A DNA stretch of 62,267 bases, the filler included, from Sanchytrium tribonematis (lineage: Eukaryota), in NCBI GenBank assembly GCA_018985235.1. It is 5 parts of 5 records of this genome, joined end to end, with 100 filler letters (N's around TTAATTAATTAA, not from the genome) between each part and the next. Parts side by side here need not be neighbours in the genome. Positions count along the whole stretch, not along the records: positions 12,533 to 24,920 come from JADGIG010000219.1; positions 25,021 to 37,385 come from JADGIG010000220.1; 3 more parts are not named here. One strand, 5' to 3'. A program made the translations under genes and the position numbers. The notes beneath the pieces were generated by a model. That model searched no databases. It saw only the letters and a program-made list of their open reading frames with translations, and was not told the DNA's origin. This document shows positions 20,215-31,661 of this stretch, one piece after another. Position 1 is the first letter of the stretch, and each line of letters opens with the position of its first letter.

Positions 20215-22828
20215 TTAGAATTTCAATTGTGTTTGAATAGCATTCTCTTTTTCCTCTGGCTGGGTATCATATAATTTCACTCTCTTTCTGTTTTCCTCTT
20301 CTTCAGTCATACGCTTTCTATGATCTTCTTTTAATTCTTCAAACTTCTTTACTTTCTCCATACTTTGAGAAAAAGATTCGTCTTGTACATCTTCTGGTTT
20401 GTCTAATGCAAATGGATTAATCTTATTAAGCTTGATTTCGTCAGAATTATCTATTTGCATCAGGCTAGACACTTCCGCTATAGACACTAATTCATTTTCT
20501 ATTTTCCTTTCCATCGGTTCAAAACTGTAATTATTCGTATCATTATTAGTTAAAATTGTATTAAAGGCATAGTCATCAGCAGCAAATGGGTCTTTAATCT
20601 TTGAAGCTTGAACATCATCATCTTCGTCAAATTCATTTTCATTTTTGTATGACAAAATTAAGTCTGCAATATCAGATCTGTTGAAATAATTTACAATTTT
20701 AGCAGCAGCTTCGTATGATTGCTCCAAATGTAGCCGACCAGACAATGCCAAAACTTTTTTAAAATTGTCAGCTTTGCACGCGTTTTGTATTAATTTGAGT
20801 GAAAGTTTATCTGCTTTGCCTTTAAGTTCGAATATGTTATCGTCTTCTTCAAAATCAGAAATCAACATATTTAAGGTAAGAAGGATATTTTCATTTCTCT
20901 CAGACTGTGGATCTGTGGAATACCCTTTCATCTCGAGCTCGACAGATGTTGGAATTGCATCTGGGACCGGAGGGTATGGCATCTCCATCTAAGTTAATAA
21001 AAAATACAGGACATGCTACAAAATGAAACCTTTCACTTGAGACACCAACCGGCCAAATATAATATTCATTGTAGACTTCTCGCCCTCGCAAATCTAATAT
21101 TGGAACCCACAAGTTTCCTTCGGATAGCATTTGTAAACAGCCATTAGAGTCGTAAATTACCGGGTTGCCATAATAAGAAAATGATGAAAAAAGAATGTTT
21201 GCGCCTAGAATTGGTATTTGGCCATGTTTGATGACCCTGGATTTATCAGTATCAACATAGCTGTAGCAGGTATTTCCAAGAAAATCCGCAAAAATTGCAA
21301 AAATTTTAGATTGATATGCACATAGTGATATGCAGCGACCTTCTAAGGCAAAGACGTGCGTAGTTACACCAGAATAATCAAAAACGTAGACCTTAAGACT
21401 GCTTAAACAAATTGCAACACCGCCATTAAAAGCTGCTATTGCCTGAGGCTCACTGTCCAAAGTAATAGTCCAATCATTTCCACTTGCTCTGTCCGGATCA
21501 TGGAATGCTAGTTCAAAAGGCTCTTCTAAACGGAGCATGTATAGACCATCGTCACTAATATCTGCCATCTCATAATCATTTAAATCTGCATATCTCAAAG
21601 GTTTTTTGGTTTTATTATGATAATCACCAGTAATGAAGGAACCGTCATCTCTTTTAACTTTGCTAACTTTCCCCGACAAATTGAATGCCAGGAAACGTTT
21701 TGTCCCAACATATGGTGTTGTACCAGACTGAAACGGTTCTTGATTAACTGTGAGTTCTTCCAATGCATCTTTGACATCTTTCAAAGTGACCTTGCCTCCA
21801 GTAGGTCGAAGGTCATTTTCGTCTTCTTCCAAAAAATCATTTAAATCGTCACCTTGACCATCTTCTCCTTCATTTCCATTGTTGTCGGCAAACATTTCAT
21901 GGTAAGCATCCGTTTGGGTGACGGGGTCTACAGCTCCAACATCCTGGGTGTCAAAATCTTCTTGAGCTTCAACTTCAGTGAAGTTCGCTGGCGGTTCTTG
22001 TGCTTGGTTTTGCTCTATCTGTAATGGAAGAATGGTTGCTCCTCCACTTTTTATAGCAACAAATACGCTTTTGTTGACGACGCATATTGCAACAGCTTCG
22101 TCTATATCATATTTTGCAAGTTCTTGGTGAGTTTTGAAATCCAGCACAGTGACATGAAATAATGAGCAAATATAAATCTTATCGTTTGAAACGCAAAGGT
22201 CTCTGATTATAGATGAATACTCTATTTCCGCCAGATTATTAAATTTCGAGTCTATATAATTCAGAGCGGATAAACCTCCAACAATTAACCCATTCATGGG
22301 AGTCCAAGCAAACGGAAATCGCTTATTTTGGTCAATGTCAAATGTAACAAAAGTGTTGTGTTGGCTCACAATTTCGAGATTATCCATGCTAAAAATTGAT
22401 AGAACTCCATTTTTGTCTCCCAAGGCAAAATATTTTCCATTAGGGCTCACTTTTAAAGAAATTGCAATATTCTTTATCTCTACTGAAAGAATTTTGTTAG
22501 AAGTCATATCAAATTTTTTTAAAGTTGTACCAAAAGAGTAAATTAAACAGTCTTCGCCATAGCAATCCATTGCTCTAATTTTTGCATTTTCCTTGGCCAG
22601 AATCTTTTCTAAGTCACCCTCAAGATGAAAAAGTTCGATCTCGGTGTCATTCGCAACAAAAATTCGGCTCTTCGAGGAACAAAAACAAAAATTATCATTA
22701 TTTGCGATAGTATTCTTAATACCCTGTTCGTCAACAAATTGCAACTCTGTTTCTGATACTAGGACAGCATGATTTGCGGCAGTAAATGCAGTTATAAGCG
22801 GACCCGTCGTAGAAATTGTTCTTAGCAT
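20215..22828 (-). CDS. CTF4: Ctf4/Mcl1/WDHD1 replisome hub protein; 19-nt intron at 20989-21007
   Basis: N-terminal WD40 and SepB-domain motifs EPFQSGTTP..RFLAFNLSG, YDSNGCL, WVPILD, WPVGV. The intron joins ..FVACP to MEMPYPP.. in frame. Confidence 0.85.
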
Positions 22829-22879
22829 CTCGGAGGTTTTGTCGCGGCGGAAAATTAATTGCTCAATGATGCTTCATAT

Positions 22880-23416
22880 TTATTTTTTGGTATTCCAAGG
22901 AAGTACCACGTTCTGGTTTAGCAGCCAGGAAACATCATTAAGAGGGGGATCATCTTCTAGTGCAGAACATTCAATTACTTTATGAGAAATTGGTCCCAGC
23001 CTTAAAAAACTATCAATGTCTGCGGATGATTTTGCCTCTTCTAGATCTTGCTTGTTTGCAACTACTAAAATTGGGCAAAAAAGATCTGATTTCACCACAG
23101 AGTGAAGCTCATCTTTAGCCAGTGTTAACCTGTTAAGATCCGACGAATCAATTATCCAAATAATCCCATCCACAACGTCTTCAAAATAATTTTTCCAGAA
23201 TATCCTTATGGAGCTTTGACCTCCAATATCCCAAAAATTAACATGGTATCCATCAATATCTTCACTTAGAATTTGGAAACCAAATGTGGGTTCAATTGGT
23301 TTTTGGATGTGTAGCAAATTATATAAGAATGTTGTTTTTCCAGAGTTGTCAAGTCCTAACACCAAAATCCTCTTGTTTTTTTCCTTTTTCTTTATTTTTT
23401 GGACAAGACTGTACAT
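22880..23416 (-). CDS. ARL2: ARF-like small GTPase (Arl2/Cin4 type)
   Basis: GLDNSGKTT, PTFGF, WDIGGQSSIR and ANKQD motifs. Confidence 0.8.
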   Translation of the reverse strand: MYSLVQKIKKKEKNKRILVLGLDNSGKTTFLYNLLHIQKPIEPTFGFQILSEDIDGYHVNFWDIGGQSSIRIFWKNYFEDVVDGIIWIIDSSDLNRLTLAKDELHSVVKSDLFCPILVVANKQDLEEAKSSADIDSFLRLGPISHKVIECSALEDDPPLNDVSWLLNQNVVLPWNTKK

Positions 23417-23633
23417 TGTAAATTAATTTGTGTCAGATGAATCTCCGGTATGTTTAGGTTAACCAGAAAATAGATCAAGATGTTATGAAAAGCACCTCGG
23501 AATTCTTCGCAATTAATATCAGGATTGAGTTGAACTTGGATTTTACACAATATTAAATTTTAGGTGATTTGTTTCAAATAAAAAATCACGTGTAAAAACA
23601 ATTTCCAATCCAGTCATTCAAATTTTCAAAGCA

Positions 23634-23912
23634 ATGAGTAAAGGAACTAAGAAAGTTGGAGTTTGTGGAAAATACGGTACTCGATATGGATCTTCGTTAA
23701 GAAAGAGAATGAAGAAAATTGAAGTCACTCAACATTCAAGATACGCATGTTCATTTTGTGGAAAAACCAGTGTAAAAAGAGAAGCCGTTGGCATTTGGAA
23801 ATGCCGTGCCTGCAAAAGAACTGTGGCCGGTGGTGCTTGGGTTTTATCAACAACAGCTGCTCTTACAACAAGATCCACAACAAGACGTCTTCGAGAAATG
23901 GTTGAAGTTTAA
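23634..23912 (+). CDS. RPL43: 60S ribosomal protein eL43 (L37a)
   Basis: [36 protein letters not shown]. Confidence 0.96.
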   Translation: MSKGTKKVGVCGKYGTRYGSSLRKRMKKIEVTQHSRYACSFCGKTSVKREAVGIWKCRACKRTVAGGAWVLSTTAALTTRSTTRRLREMVEV

Positions 23913-23926
23913 TAAATATTTTCTAA

Positions 23927-24703
23927 ATGGAACACTTGGAGTTGGAATTTACTCCCGATGATTTAGAAATTTTCGATGACCAGCTCGTTCATGCATGCTA
24001 TGAATTACAAGATTCAAAAAGAGTCGGTAAAATTGCTTCTAGATCTGCGGAGTATTACAGAGGAAATGGTGTTCTGGATATCGAAGTGTACAAGGAAAGA
24101 CTATATGGCGTGACTTCTGAGGGCGAACTTATCGTAATTGGTGAAGACAAAGAATGCTATGAGATATCAAATGGGATTGGATTGTCATTGTCTATATCAA
24201 ATTTGGGAATGTGTCTTATTTCCGATTCATTGGGTTATCTGCATATTTTCGACACTAATACTAGAACCTTGATGCAAGACATTAAAGGACATAGTTTGGA
24301 AGTATGGAGTTGTTGCTGGCAAAATCATGCCAATATCGTTTCTGGTGCAGATGATTGTAACTTAAATTTTTGGGATATTATTTATGACAATAATATTCTA
24401 TGTGGAAACTATGACGAAAAAGTCCGTATTGTGGATTCAAGAACGCCAAACAGAATCGAATCAGAATTAGACTGTGGGGGTGGAATATGGAGAATGAAAA
24501 AGAACCCAAACAATGATCAAATATGGTTGATTGCTGCAATGCATGGTGGTGCACACATTGTAGATTTGAGGCAAAGTCAAATTCTGCAAACTTTTTCAAA
24601 ACACGAATCAATGGTTTACGGAGCTGTGTGGCTTAACCAAACTGAAGTAGCCACTTGTTCCTTTTACGATAAAATGTTGTGGTTCTGGAATATGGACAAA
24701 TAA
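23927..24703 (+). CDS. DPH7: WD40 protein, diphthine methylesterase Dph7/Rrt2-like
   Basis: SDSLG, GHSLEVW, SGADD, GNYDE, GGGIWR, AAMHGG, HESMVYG and TCSFYD motifs. Confidence 0.8.
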   Translation: MEHLELEFTPDDLEIFDDQLVHACYELQDSKRVGKIASRSAEYYRGNGVLDIEVYKERLYGVTSEGELIVIGEDKECYEISNGIGLSLSISNLGMCLISDSLGYLHIFDTNTRTLMQDIKGHSLEVWSCCWQNHANIVSGADDCNLNFWDIIYDNNILCGNYDEKVRIVDSRTPNRIESELDCGGGIWRMKKNPNNDQIWLIAAMHGGAHIVDLRQSQILQTFSKHESMVYGAVWLNQTEVATCSFYDKMLWFWNMDK

Positions 24704-24745
24704 TAAAATTGTGTGACAAATTTAATCTCCTTGCAACTTGAGAAA

Positions 24746-24920
24746 ATGAGCTATGAGAGGTATGACACAATGCTGCTTGTCAAAAAAGAATATCCGAATC
24801 CTGAGGAACTTGCTAAAAAATTGAAATGTACCCACGTTGCATATATTGACAAAATTTTGAATGATACTTTAAGAACGCCTCAATTGAAGCCGCTGATGGG
24901 AAATTTTGACCAATATTGGG
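24746..24920 (+). CDS. Hypothetical protein, truncated by the contig end
   Basis: Frame is open from ATG 24746 to the contig end in a gene-dense block. Confidence 0.4.
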
Positions 24921-25020
24921 NNNNNNNNNNNNNNNNNNNNNNNNNNNNNNNNNNNNNNNNNNNNTTAATTAATTAANNNNNNNNNNNNNNNNNNNNNNNN
25001 NNNNNNNNNNNNNNNNNNNN
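24921..25020. other. Artificial contig-joining linker
   Basis: N44-TTAATTAATTAA-N44. Confidence 0.98.
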
Positions 25021-26005
25021 CCATTAAACTTATTGTAGTAGTGGTACAACCATTGGTCCATCATCAGCTGCGATTTTATTGAGAGGAGGTTGGACACTTG
25101 GTGGAAGTCACAGATTATCATGAAGCGGGGGATCGATATGTCGGTAGATATTTAAGTGGGTTGCCATACAATTCACATCAATTTGCTTTGCTTCCGCCTG
25201 AATTTAGTGCAAATACACCAGCTAATTTATAAAGAAGAATTATTGAAATCGCATTTCCAAACTTGCCACCAACCCCATTTCAAATTGCAAAATTTTTTCT
25301 TGCATCACCTGTTCATCACTATAACTACTTAAGTGCTCAGATGAGTCCAACACATTTACTTCGTCACACCCCTTTATTTAGAGATTCAAATAGAATCCAG
25401 CAATTGTCTCAATTTGTATCTGTGTCCAATTTCGAATCTGATACTTTAACAGCAAGTGGTACTCCACCATATGCCAATATTTTATTTCAATTACTACACG
25501 TTCAACAATCTATGGAAAAAATAGTGCCAGCTATTGAAGAAAATTCCACTAAAATTGTAAACAATGTTGTTCAAGAATTTGAAAATCGATCAGTCAAATT
25601 AAATACAGTAACTTATACTGGATTAGATGAGCTTATCATGAGTGGCGTACAATCAGTTTTAGATCGAAATGGATTTGGTGTAAGGCAAGATGAAACGTCG
25701 CAATTTGAGGGAAATTTACAAGAGAGTGAGAATTCGAATTTATTTTCATATTATTCACACCCTGGTCGTACAGGCATGTTTTTTCTGACATATAACTATG
25801 CCATTCCATGCACTACAACCCCCAATGTCATCCATCTTTTCTTTTTTGGCAGTTCTACAGATCGAATACGACCACTTTCCAGATTACGCCAAATGACTTT
25901 AGTGATTCCAATGCTCGTAAACGATTAGCTGATTTAAAGTATTTAGTAAATGCAGTGATGGGACAGAACTCCTTAAACACGCCCACACTTGATGAAATCC
26001 ATTTA
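25021..26005 (+). pseudogene. CryptonS-like tyrosine recombinase remnant (3' half)
   Basis: CSSGTTIGPSSAAILLRGGWTLGG..DYHEAGDRYVGRYLSGLP..LPPEF and RKRLADLK parallel the protein at 29526-31433. Frameshifted. Confidence 0.85.
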
Positions 26006-26009
26006 AAAT

Positions 26010-27160
26010 GGAATTATCGTCAAACAAAGGTACGACTTCCGCCTAAGATTTACTCAGAAATCCAAGAAGCCTTACTCCTGGAATGGAAACCGCCAAGCAA
26101 TGACATCAAATATACTAGCTCATTCTTCAAGATGGAACAACGAAATCGTCAGTCCATCCAAAAATTCTATCATGCTTTAGTCGAAAGTCACAAAAAGTGC
26201 AATTTCGATAAAGACTACAAGCCATGCAAGACATTTTTTCCGAAAATTTTGCTCTTCTTTGAAAGATAAAAGAATTGTAAGATCAATTGCAACGATATAC
26301 AAGAGACAGAAAGAGATGCATATGAACTAGCAATTAAAATTGAATCAGATTTTGAACCCTCTCATGATCGTAAGAAAAACGAGAACATCGAAGTGAAAAA
26401 CCATTCAAACCATTCAAGAAGTTTAAGCATGATTCAAAGAATGAAAAAGAAGATTTTAAGAAACCATTTGGAAAACCAAAATTTTCCTTTTCCTAAGAAA
26501 CCGGGATATTATAGTACCTGAATATAAGGACTCAAACGATACTCCTGAGCATTTGAATATAAATCCGGAGCTAGCTGATGATTAACGTACAGCTCTGTTA
26601 CGAATAGCAAGCAAATTCTTATCCACTAATTACTTTATTGTGCTAGACCTTAAATCTGGATATTGGCAAATAAAAGTGGAAGAGGAAAACAAAGAAAAGA
26701 CAGCTTTCGTGACACCATTTGAACTTTATCAATTTACGGTATTGCCTTTTGGATTGTCTGAAGCTGCAGCTACTTTTCAACGACTTATTGACTCAATTTT
26801 TGCAGACGACATTGGTAAAATTATGTTGGTCTATCTAGATGACCTACTAATTTATGCTTTGTCTTACATTGAGTGCTAAGAAATGATATTTGGGAATGAC
26901 AGAAGTAGATTTATTAGGATTTAAAGTATCAAGTAATGGAATCCAACCAGCAAAAATTGAGGCAATAATAGTGTTCAAACCTCCTAAACAATTTGTAGCA
27001 TTACGAGCTTCTTTAGATGCTTTATCCACAAATATTCCAAACTCAGTCATTGGCTAAGAAAAATGCGGACTCCACATTCTCAATATGATCTCCCATTTTA
27101 TGTTTATACAGAAGCTTCGGAATTGTTGCGGTATTAGTTCAGCAAGGCAGACCAGTTTGG
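26010..27160 (+). mobile_element. Deleted Ty3/Gypsy retrotransposon remnant (gag, RT and RNase H fragments)
   Basis: Gag LLLEWKPPSNDIKYT is homologous to 35392-35826. RT reads LDLKSGYWQI..TAFVTP..LPFGL..YLDD. Confidence 0.88.
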
Positions 27161-27217
27161 TTGGTTTTGTAGTAACAGCTGGTCAGCAATGGGGAATTTT
27201 TCAATCAATTTTGCAGT

Positions 27218-27667
27218 TTGGGATGGCCCAAGCAGTTTGAGCTATCTGATTTAAGTTCTCTAGCTGATACATATGATAATTCTCCTCTTTTACTGAATAT
27301 GGATAACAAATGTAACCCCTTGAATTCAATTTACGTACTACGCACTAAAAAATCACTTCAAAAGAAAATTAATTTGAATCAGCACCGCAGCAAGTCATCT
27401 GATATCCTGTTGCCAAAAGATCTGGTCTAATTTTATTCATATGATCCATTTTCGGATAAATGCTGCTCTGTAATGGTGTTTTATTCCCAAGTGGTGATTT
27501 TTGTTTCAATCAAACTGTGCTCCAGACTTAGAGAACTCAAGGAACTCAGATGGAAAGATATTGTATTTAATACTACTTCAAATCCCGATTCTCCGACTGA
27601 AACATTTGGTCATATTCAAGTGTTACCAAATCTTCCAAACAATCACAAAAGAAACGCCGACTTTTAA
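27218..27667 (+). pseudogene. Tyrosine recombinase (Crypton-like) N-terminal fragment
   Basis: IKLCSRLRELKELRWKDI matches the first catalytic R box of YRs (compare GCFRINEVLDFKWNDV). An upstream KCNP segment is also present. Confidence 0.5.
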
Positions 27668-27982
27668 AGCAGTTTGAACATTGAATATAAAGACAGCAAC
27701 GCAAGGTAGCCAAAAATAGATTAGTTGTATATAAGGATTTTTTTGTACTCAGTTATGCAGTGGGATAAACGCGGAATCATCTCTATGTCCTCTATTGAGG
27801 TTTCTGGTAATTCCGGAGATTCCAGATCATCATCGGAATCCTCGCTTTCTAATTCAATTTTTTATAGAAAAATATATCCGTCATATGATCAATCAGAATC
27901 GGATTATTGCGCCTACAATCTATTTTATTTATAACTTATGTTGCTCTGTCAATGCAAATGAACTTGTTAATCCAGAAAATTA

Positions 27983-28486
27983 GTGAAAAGATTTTTAAAG
28001 TTCTTTTTGTTGGGAAATAGAAATGAAGCATTAAATGTGCCAAATTTGGTTTCTGTGAGAAATCATTTTAAATTAGCAAGTGAATGCGATTTATATCATA
28101 TTCCACTTGCTCATATGATTGAGAAATATTTAGAGGCTCATGATCAATTTGTAAATGGTGTTTTTAAAGAAAACTCTAATGAATATCAAATTCAATTGGC
28201 TGCTAAAGTAACTTATTTATTGCAATGGGAACCATTAAATTATGTCCATTATCAAATGGCTAGTAATGCACTCTATTCTAAATATAATCAATCATTTCCA
28301 ACTCATCAAGACACCCAATATTTGCTAGATTTAAATGCATTTGCAGTTTTTAATTATCGGCAAAACATTAAAGATCAGATTGATCAAATTCGTCAATCAC
28401 AAATGGTGAGAATGATCAATTTGTCTATTACATATTCAACCAACCCATTTCAGAGAAAGAAGCCAATTGACAACCCATGCATTTAG
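27983..28486 (+). CDS. Hypothetical protein (decayed; upstream frames from about 27784 probably belong to it)
   Basis: 167-aa ORF with no recognisable motif, lying between YR remnants. Confidence 0.3.
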   Translation: MKRFLKFFLLGNRNEALNVPNLVSVRNHFKLASECDLYHIPLAHMIEKYLEAHDQFVNGVFKENSNEYQIQLAAKVTYLLQWEPLNYVHYQMASNALYSKYNQSFPTHQDTQYLLDLNAFAVFNYRQNIKDQIDQIRQSQMVRMINLSITYSTNPFQRKKPIDNPCI

Positions 28487-29332
28487 AAGAAGTGGTGCAA
28501 CTATTCTGGCATTTATATGCCAAATGGGCGTCATTGGTGACTTTCCCTGTGTAGAAATTACTGTGAATGGACACAAATGTCCGAGAGTGAAATGATTACA
28601 AGGTACCTGGTTCACACTGCTAAATCTTTTTAATCTTATTTTAATGTCTTGTGAGTATTTCAAGTGGCTATTATTTCTTGAATGCAGTTTAAATAAGAAT
28701 ATTGAATGTGATTTGGTTTTTCTATGGTTGTATGTTCTTGAAGTAACAGTTCTGGGATGATTGCAATGATTTATACACTTGAAAGTAAATTGGCAGCGGA
28801 TATTTGGGTCGCTTCCGTATAATTAAATCTTCAATTTAAATATCGTATTGTTGGCATTAATATTAACATTAGACTTGCCATTGATGGTCTGTAGTTGCTC
28901 TTCCACTATTATAACGTTTACATTTTGAATAAATTCTCTTAATTGTTTTAAAGTTGCCAAATTAGATGAGACTTGGGAAAGAAAACTGTCGGAAATCTAA
29001 TAAGTAAACTATATTATCTACTTTAAACAGAAATAATTAGGTATTCTGTCGTCCACAGTCAACAACTGCCAGTAACATTTGTTTTGAGGGTGAAATCTCA
29101 AGTTGCACAAAGGGGAGAAGTGACAGCAAGAGAAAGGATGATGCTATTGCAGGCAAAAATGCCGCAAAAAAGGAGATGAATCATGAAGTTAATGATTCTC
29201 GATGTGAGAACAAAAACCACTCATTACATCATAGCAAATAAGATATATTTTTTTTTTGAAACGACTTTTCTTCCCCTATAAATTTTATGCAAGTTGGAGG
29301 GATGTCAATAACAATATCGAAAGTGATTTGAC

Positions 29333-31661
29333 CCATAGTTGATGTTGATTATTGATTGGTTCCCCTTGTTTTAAAGCCGAAATATTATCGGGTCTCAGAT
29401 CCTTTGTAATACTTGAGATTACATAAATAGAAGCAAATCCCAGAAGAGAACGAAGACAGATTATGAATAAACACTTTATTAAATCTCCCTCAAACGCAAT
29501 AACTCATTCCCGCTGGGTGATGATGTTAATAACATTTATGGGGTTTCGGGATTTCTGAGTATTCTCCAATGATGTGTTTAATAATGAATTTCAAATCACT
29601 CAATCTTTTGCGATGATTCTTGTTACTGAAATCTTGTGGAACAACTGACTTAAGTGGAGGAATATGGATTCTAGAGTCACCATGAAAGAATAAATGAATT
29701 AAATTTGTAATATTTGTGTTTGGAATTTCATAATTCTCAGGAAGAAGATTAAGACGTCCATTATGAGTGTATATCAGTGCTGATGGCTCAACAACATCCT
29801 CCACTACACTATTATCTCTGATGGGATTCATTAAACCAGCATCATTCAACACGCGAACTAAAACATCATTAATACGTGTATCAAGTCCCTCATATGTAAC
29901 AGTATTAAAATTCACAGCTCTATCTTCCATTTCATGCACTACACCATTAATTGTATTTTGAGTGGCTGTAGCTACTGCTGGTACAATCTCATCTACAGAT
30001 TGTTTTATACCTTTTAATTCATAAATAATTGCTGCATGTGGTGGTACACCTGTTGCTGTGAGTCTATCAGATGCAAATAAATGAATATTAACATGTTGTT
30101 GCAACATTTGAATACGGATATGGTCCCTGAATAAAGGGTTTTGAAAAACTAGATGGTGTGGATTAAAATTGGCTACGATATAATTGTAGTGATAAACAAG
30201 ATTTGCAAGTAGAAACTCAGCCATGTGGAGGTGTACTGGATTTAAATTAATAAATGTCATTTCAATTGATTCACGAAGCAACTCAACAGGTGTGTTGCGA
30301 CTGAATTCAGGGGGTAAAGTCGCAAAATGTTCATTGTGAGAAGGCAAACCACAAAGAAACCTACCAACATAACGATCACCAGCTTCTTGATAATCGGTGT
30401 AAGTATCCTGAGTTCCACCAAGTAACCAACCCCCTCTCAATTTAATTGCTGTTTCACTTGGGCCAACTGTAGATCCACTTGAACAGTATGTTTTAGCACC
30501 TTTTCTAAAAGAGTGAGATCCTATATCAACTGCAGCAAATTCAGAATTTAGTGGCTTTAATCTATCAATTTCGGTCAATAAAATATTAGAAAATCTATTG
30601 TATTGACTAGCCCCTTGAAATAGTTGTGTTTGTCCAGGTACAATAGAAAAGGAAGCAAGGTAAACAGCAAGAGATAATATGGGACACATTGATGGTGCCA
30701 AAGGGTTACAATATACATGTCTAGGATATCGTATATTCTCACCAGTTTGGTCCGTTTTAGAATGGCAAAAAAACACTTGTAGTGCATCATCTTGCCAATG
30801 CATATGATTGAAACAAAGTCGTACAGCATTTGCACTTCTACACATCAAATTCCAGCACAACAATGAAAAGCAGTGTGCAAAGATGGAATCAGAAGTGCCT
30901 TTTATTTGCCAAGAATTAAGTAAAATTTTAAGTGCTTGAATGTCCAATGGATCCTTTCCTTCTATTAATCTGTTGTTCGTACTAACGGCTTGCAAGGCAT
31001 TTGTTCTTTTAAAACCAGTAAATAGATTGTGCATGGTTTCATAAAATTCTTGATCGATAGTAATTTTATGAATTTTGAACAAGAAACCTAGTGCCGCTTT
31101 ATGGGTATTATATGCACTTTTACCCAACATCTGATCGCCATTTCCCTGTTTTTTTAATTTAGAAAGCCAGAGAATAAATAAATCAGGTGTAATGCTCCGA
31201 AACTCAATTGGAGGTCCATTTCCGATCACCGAAATCCAGTCCTTAATTTTACGCTTAAAACCCAAGTTACGATCTGAAAAATTAAAATAAAATTGTTCTC
31301 TATTATCTTCCGGTCCATCATATGCATCTACTTGTTCTAGAATATCTGATTGCAGATGTCTAAACAAATTTGGGCTAATTAAATTTGGAAATCGAAATGA
31401 TAAAAAAGAAATAAATCTTGTCATGGAACCCAAATAGCTTGATTGTGCTGATGGGCTGTATATATTTCGTAAATATTCGTTTGTTTGGTCGTCAGAGAGA
31501 ACTGCTGTCTGTTGGGGTTATTTTGTGACATCCCGCACCCGCTATATTATAAGGGCATTTCGGGATGTGTAAATGGTTACCAAATTCCCATTTAACTTCC
31601 CTATGGTGCCGATAGTCGTAGTTTTTACTGCTTTGAGTCTTTTTATTTGACTTCCATAGTT
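29333..31661 (-). mobile_element. CryptonS-like transposon bounded by CCATAGTT direct repeats
   Basis: CCATAGTT at 29333-29340 and 31654-31661 (AACTATGG on the coding strand) flanks the YR ORF. Confidence 0.6.
29526..31433 (-). CDS. CryptonS-type tyrosine recombinase
   Basis: 635 aa with WNLMCRS (R), SKTDQTG (K), RHVYCNP..CPILSL, GSHSFRKG (HxxR), LRGGW (W), QDTY (Y) and AGDRYVGR. Confidence 0.88.
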   Translation of the reverse strand: MGSMTRFISFLSFRFPNLISPNLFRHLQSDILEQVDAYDGPEDNREQFYFNFSDRNLGFKRKIKDWISVIGNGPPIEFRSITPDLFILWLSKLKKQGNGDQMLGKSAYNTHKAALGFLFKIHKITIDQEFYETMHNLFTGFKRTNALQAVSTNNRLIEGKDPLDIQALKILLNSWQIKGTSDSIFAHCFSLLCWNLMCRSANAVRLCFNHMHWQDDALQVFFCHSKTDQTGENIRYPRHVYCNPLAPSMCPILSLAVYLASFSIVPGQTQLFQGASQYNRFSNILLTEIDRLKPLNSEFAAVDIGSHSFRKGAKTYCSSGSTVGPSETAIKLRGGWLLGGTQDTYTDYQEAGDRYVGRFLCGLPSHNEHFATLPPEFSRNTPVELLRESIEMTFINLNPVHLHMAEFLLANLVYHYNYIVANFNPHHLVFQNPLFRDHIRIQMLQQHVNIHLFASDRLTATGVPPHAAIIYELKGIKQSVDEIVPAVATATQNTINGVVHEMEDRAVNFNTVTYEGLDTRINDVLVRVLNDAGLMNPIRDNSVVEDVVEPSALIYTHNGRLNLLPENYEIPNTNITNLIHLFFHGDSRIHIPPLKSVVPQDFSNKNHRKRLSDLKFIIKHIIGEYSEIPKPHKCY

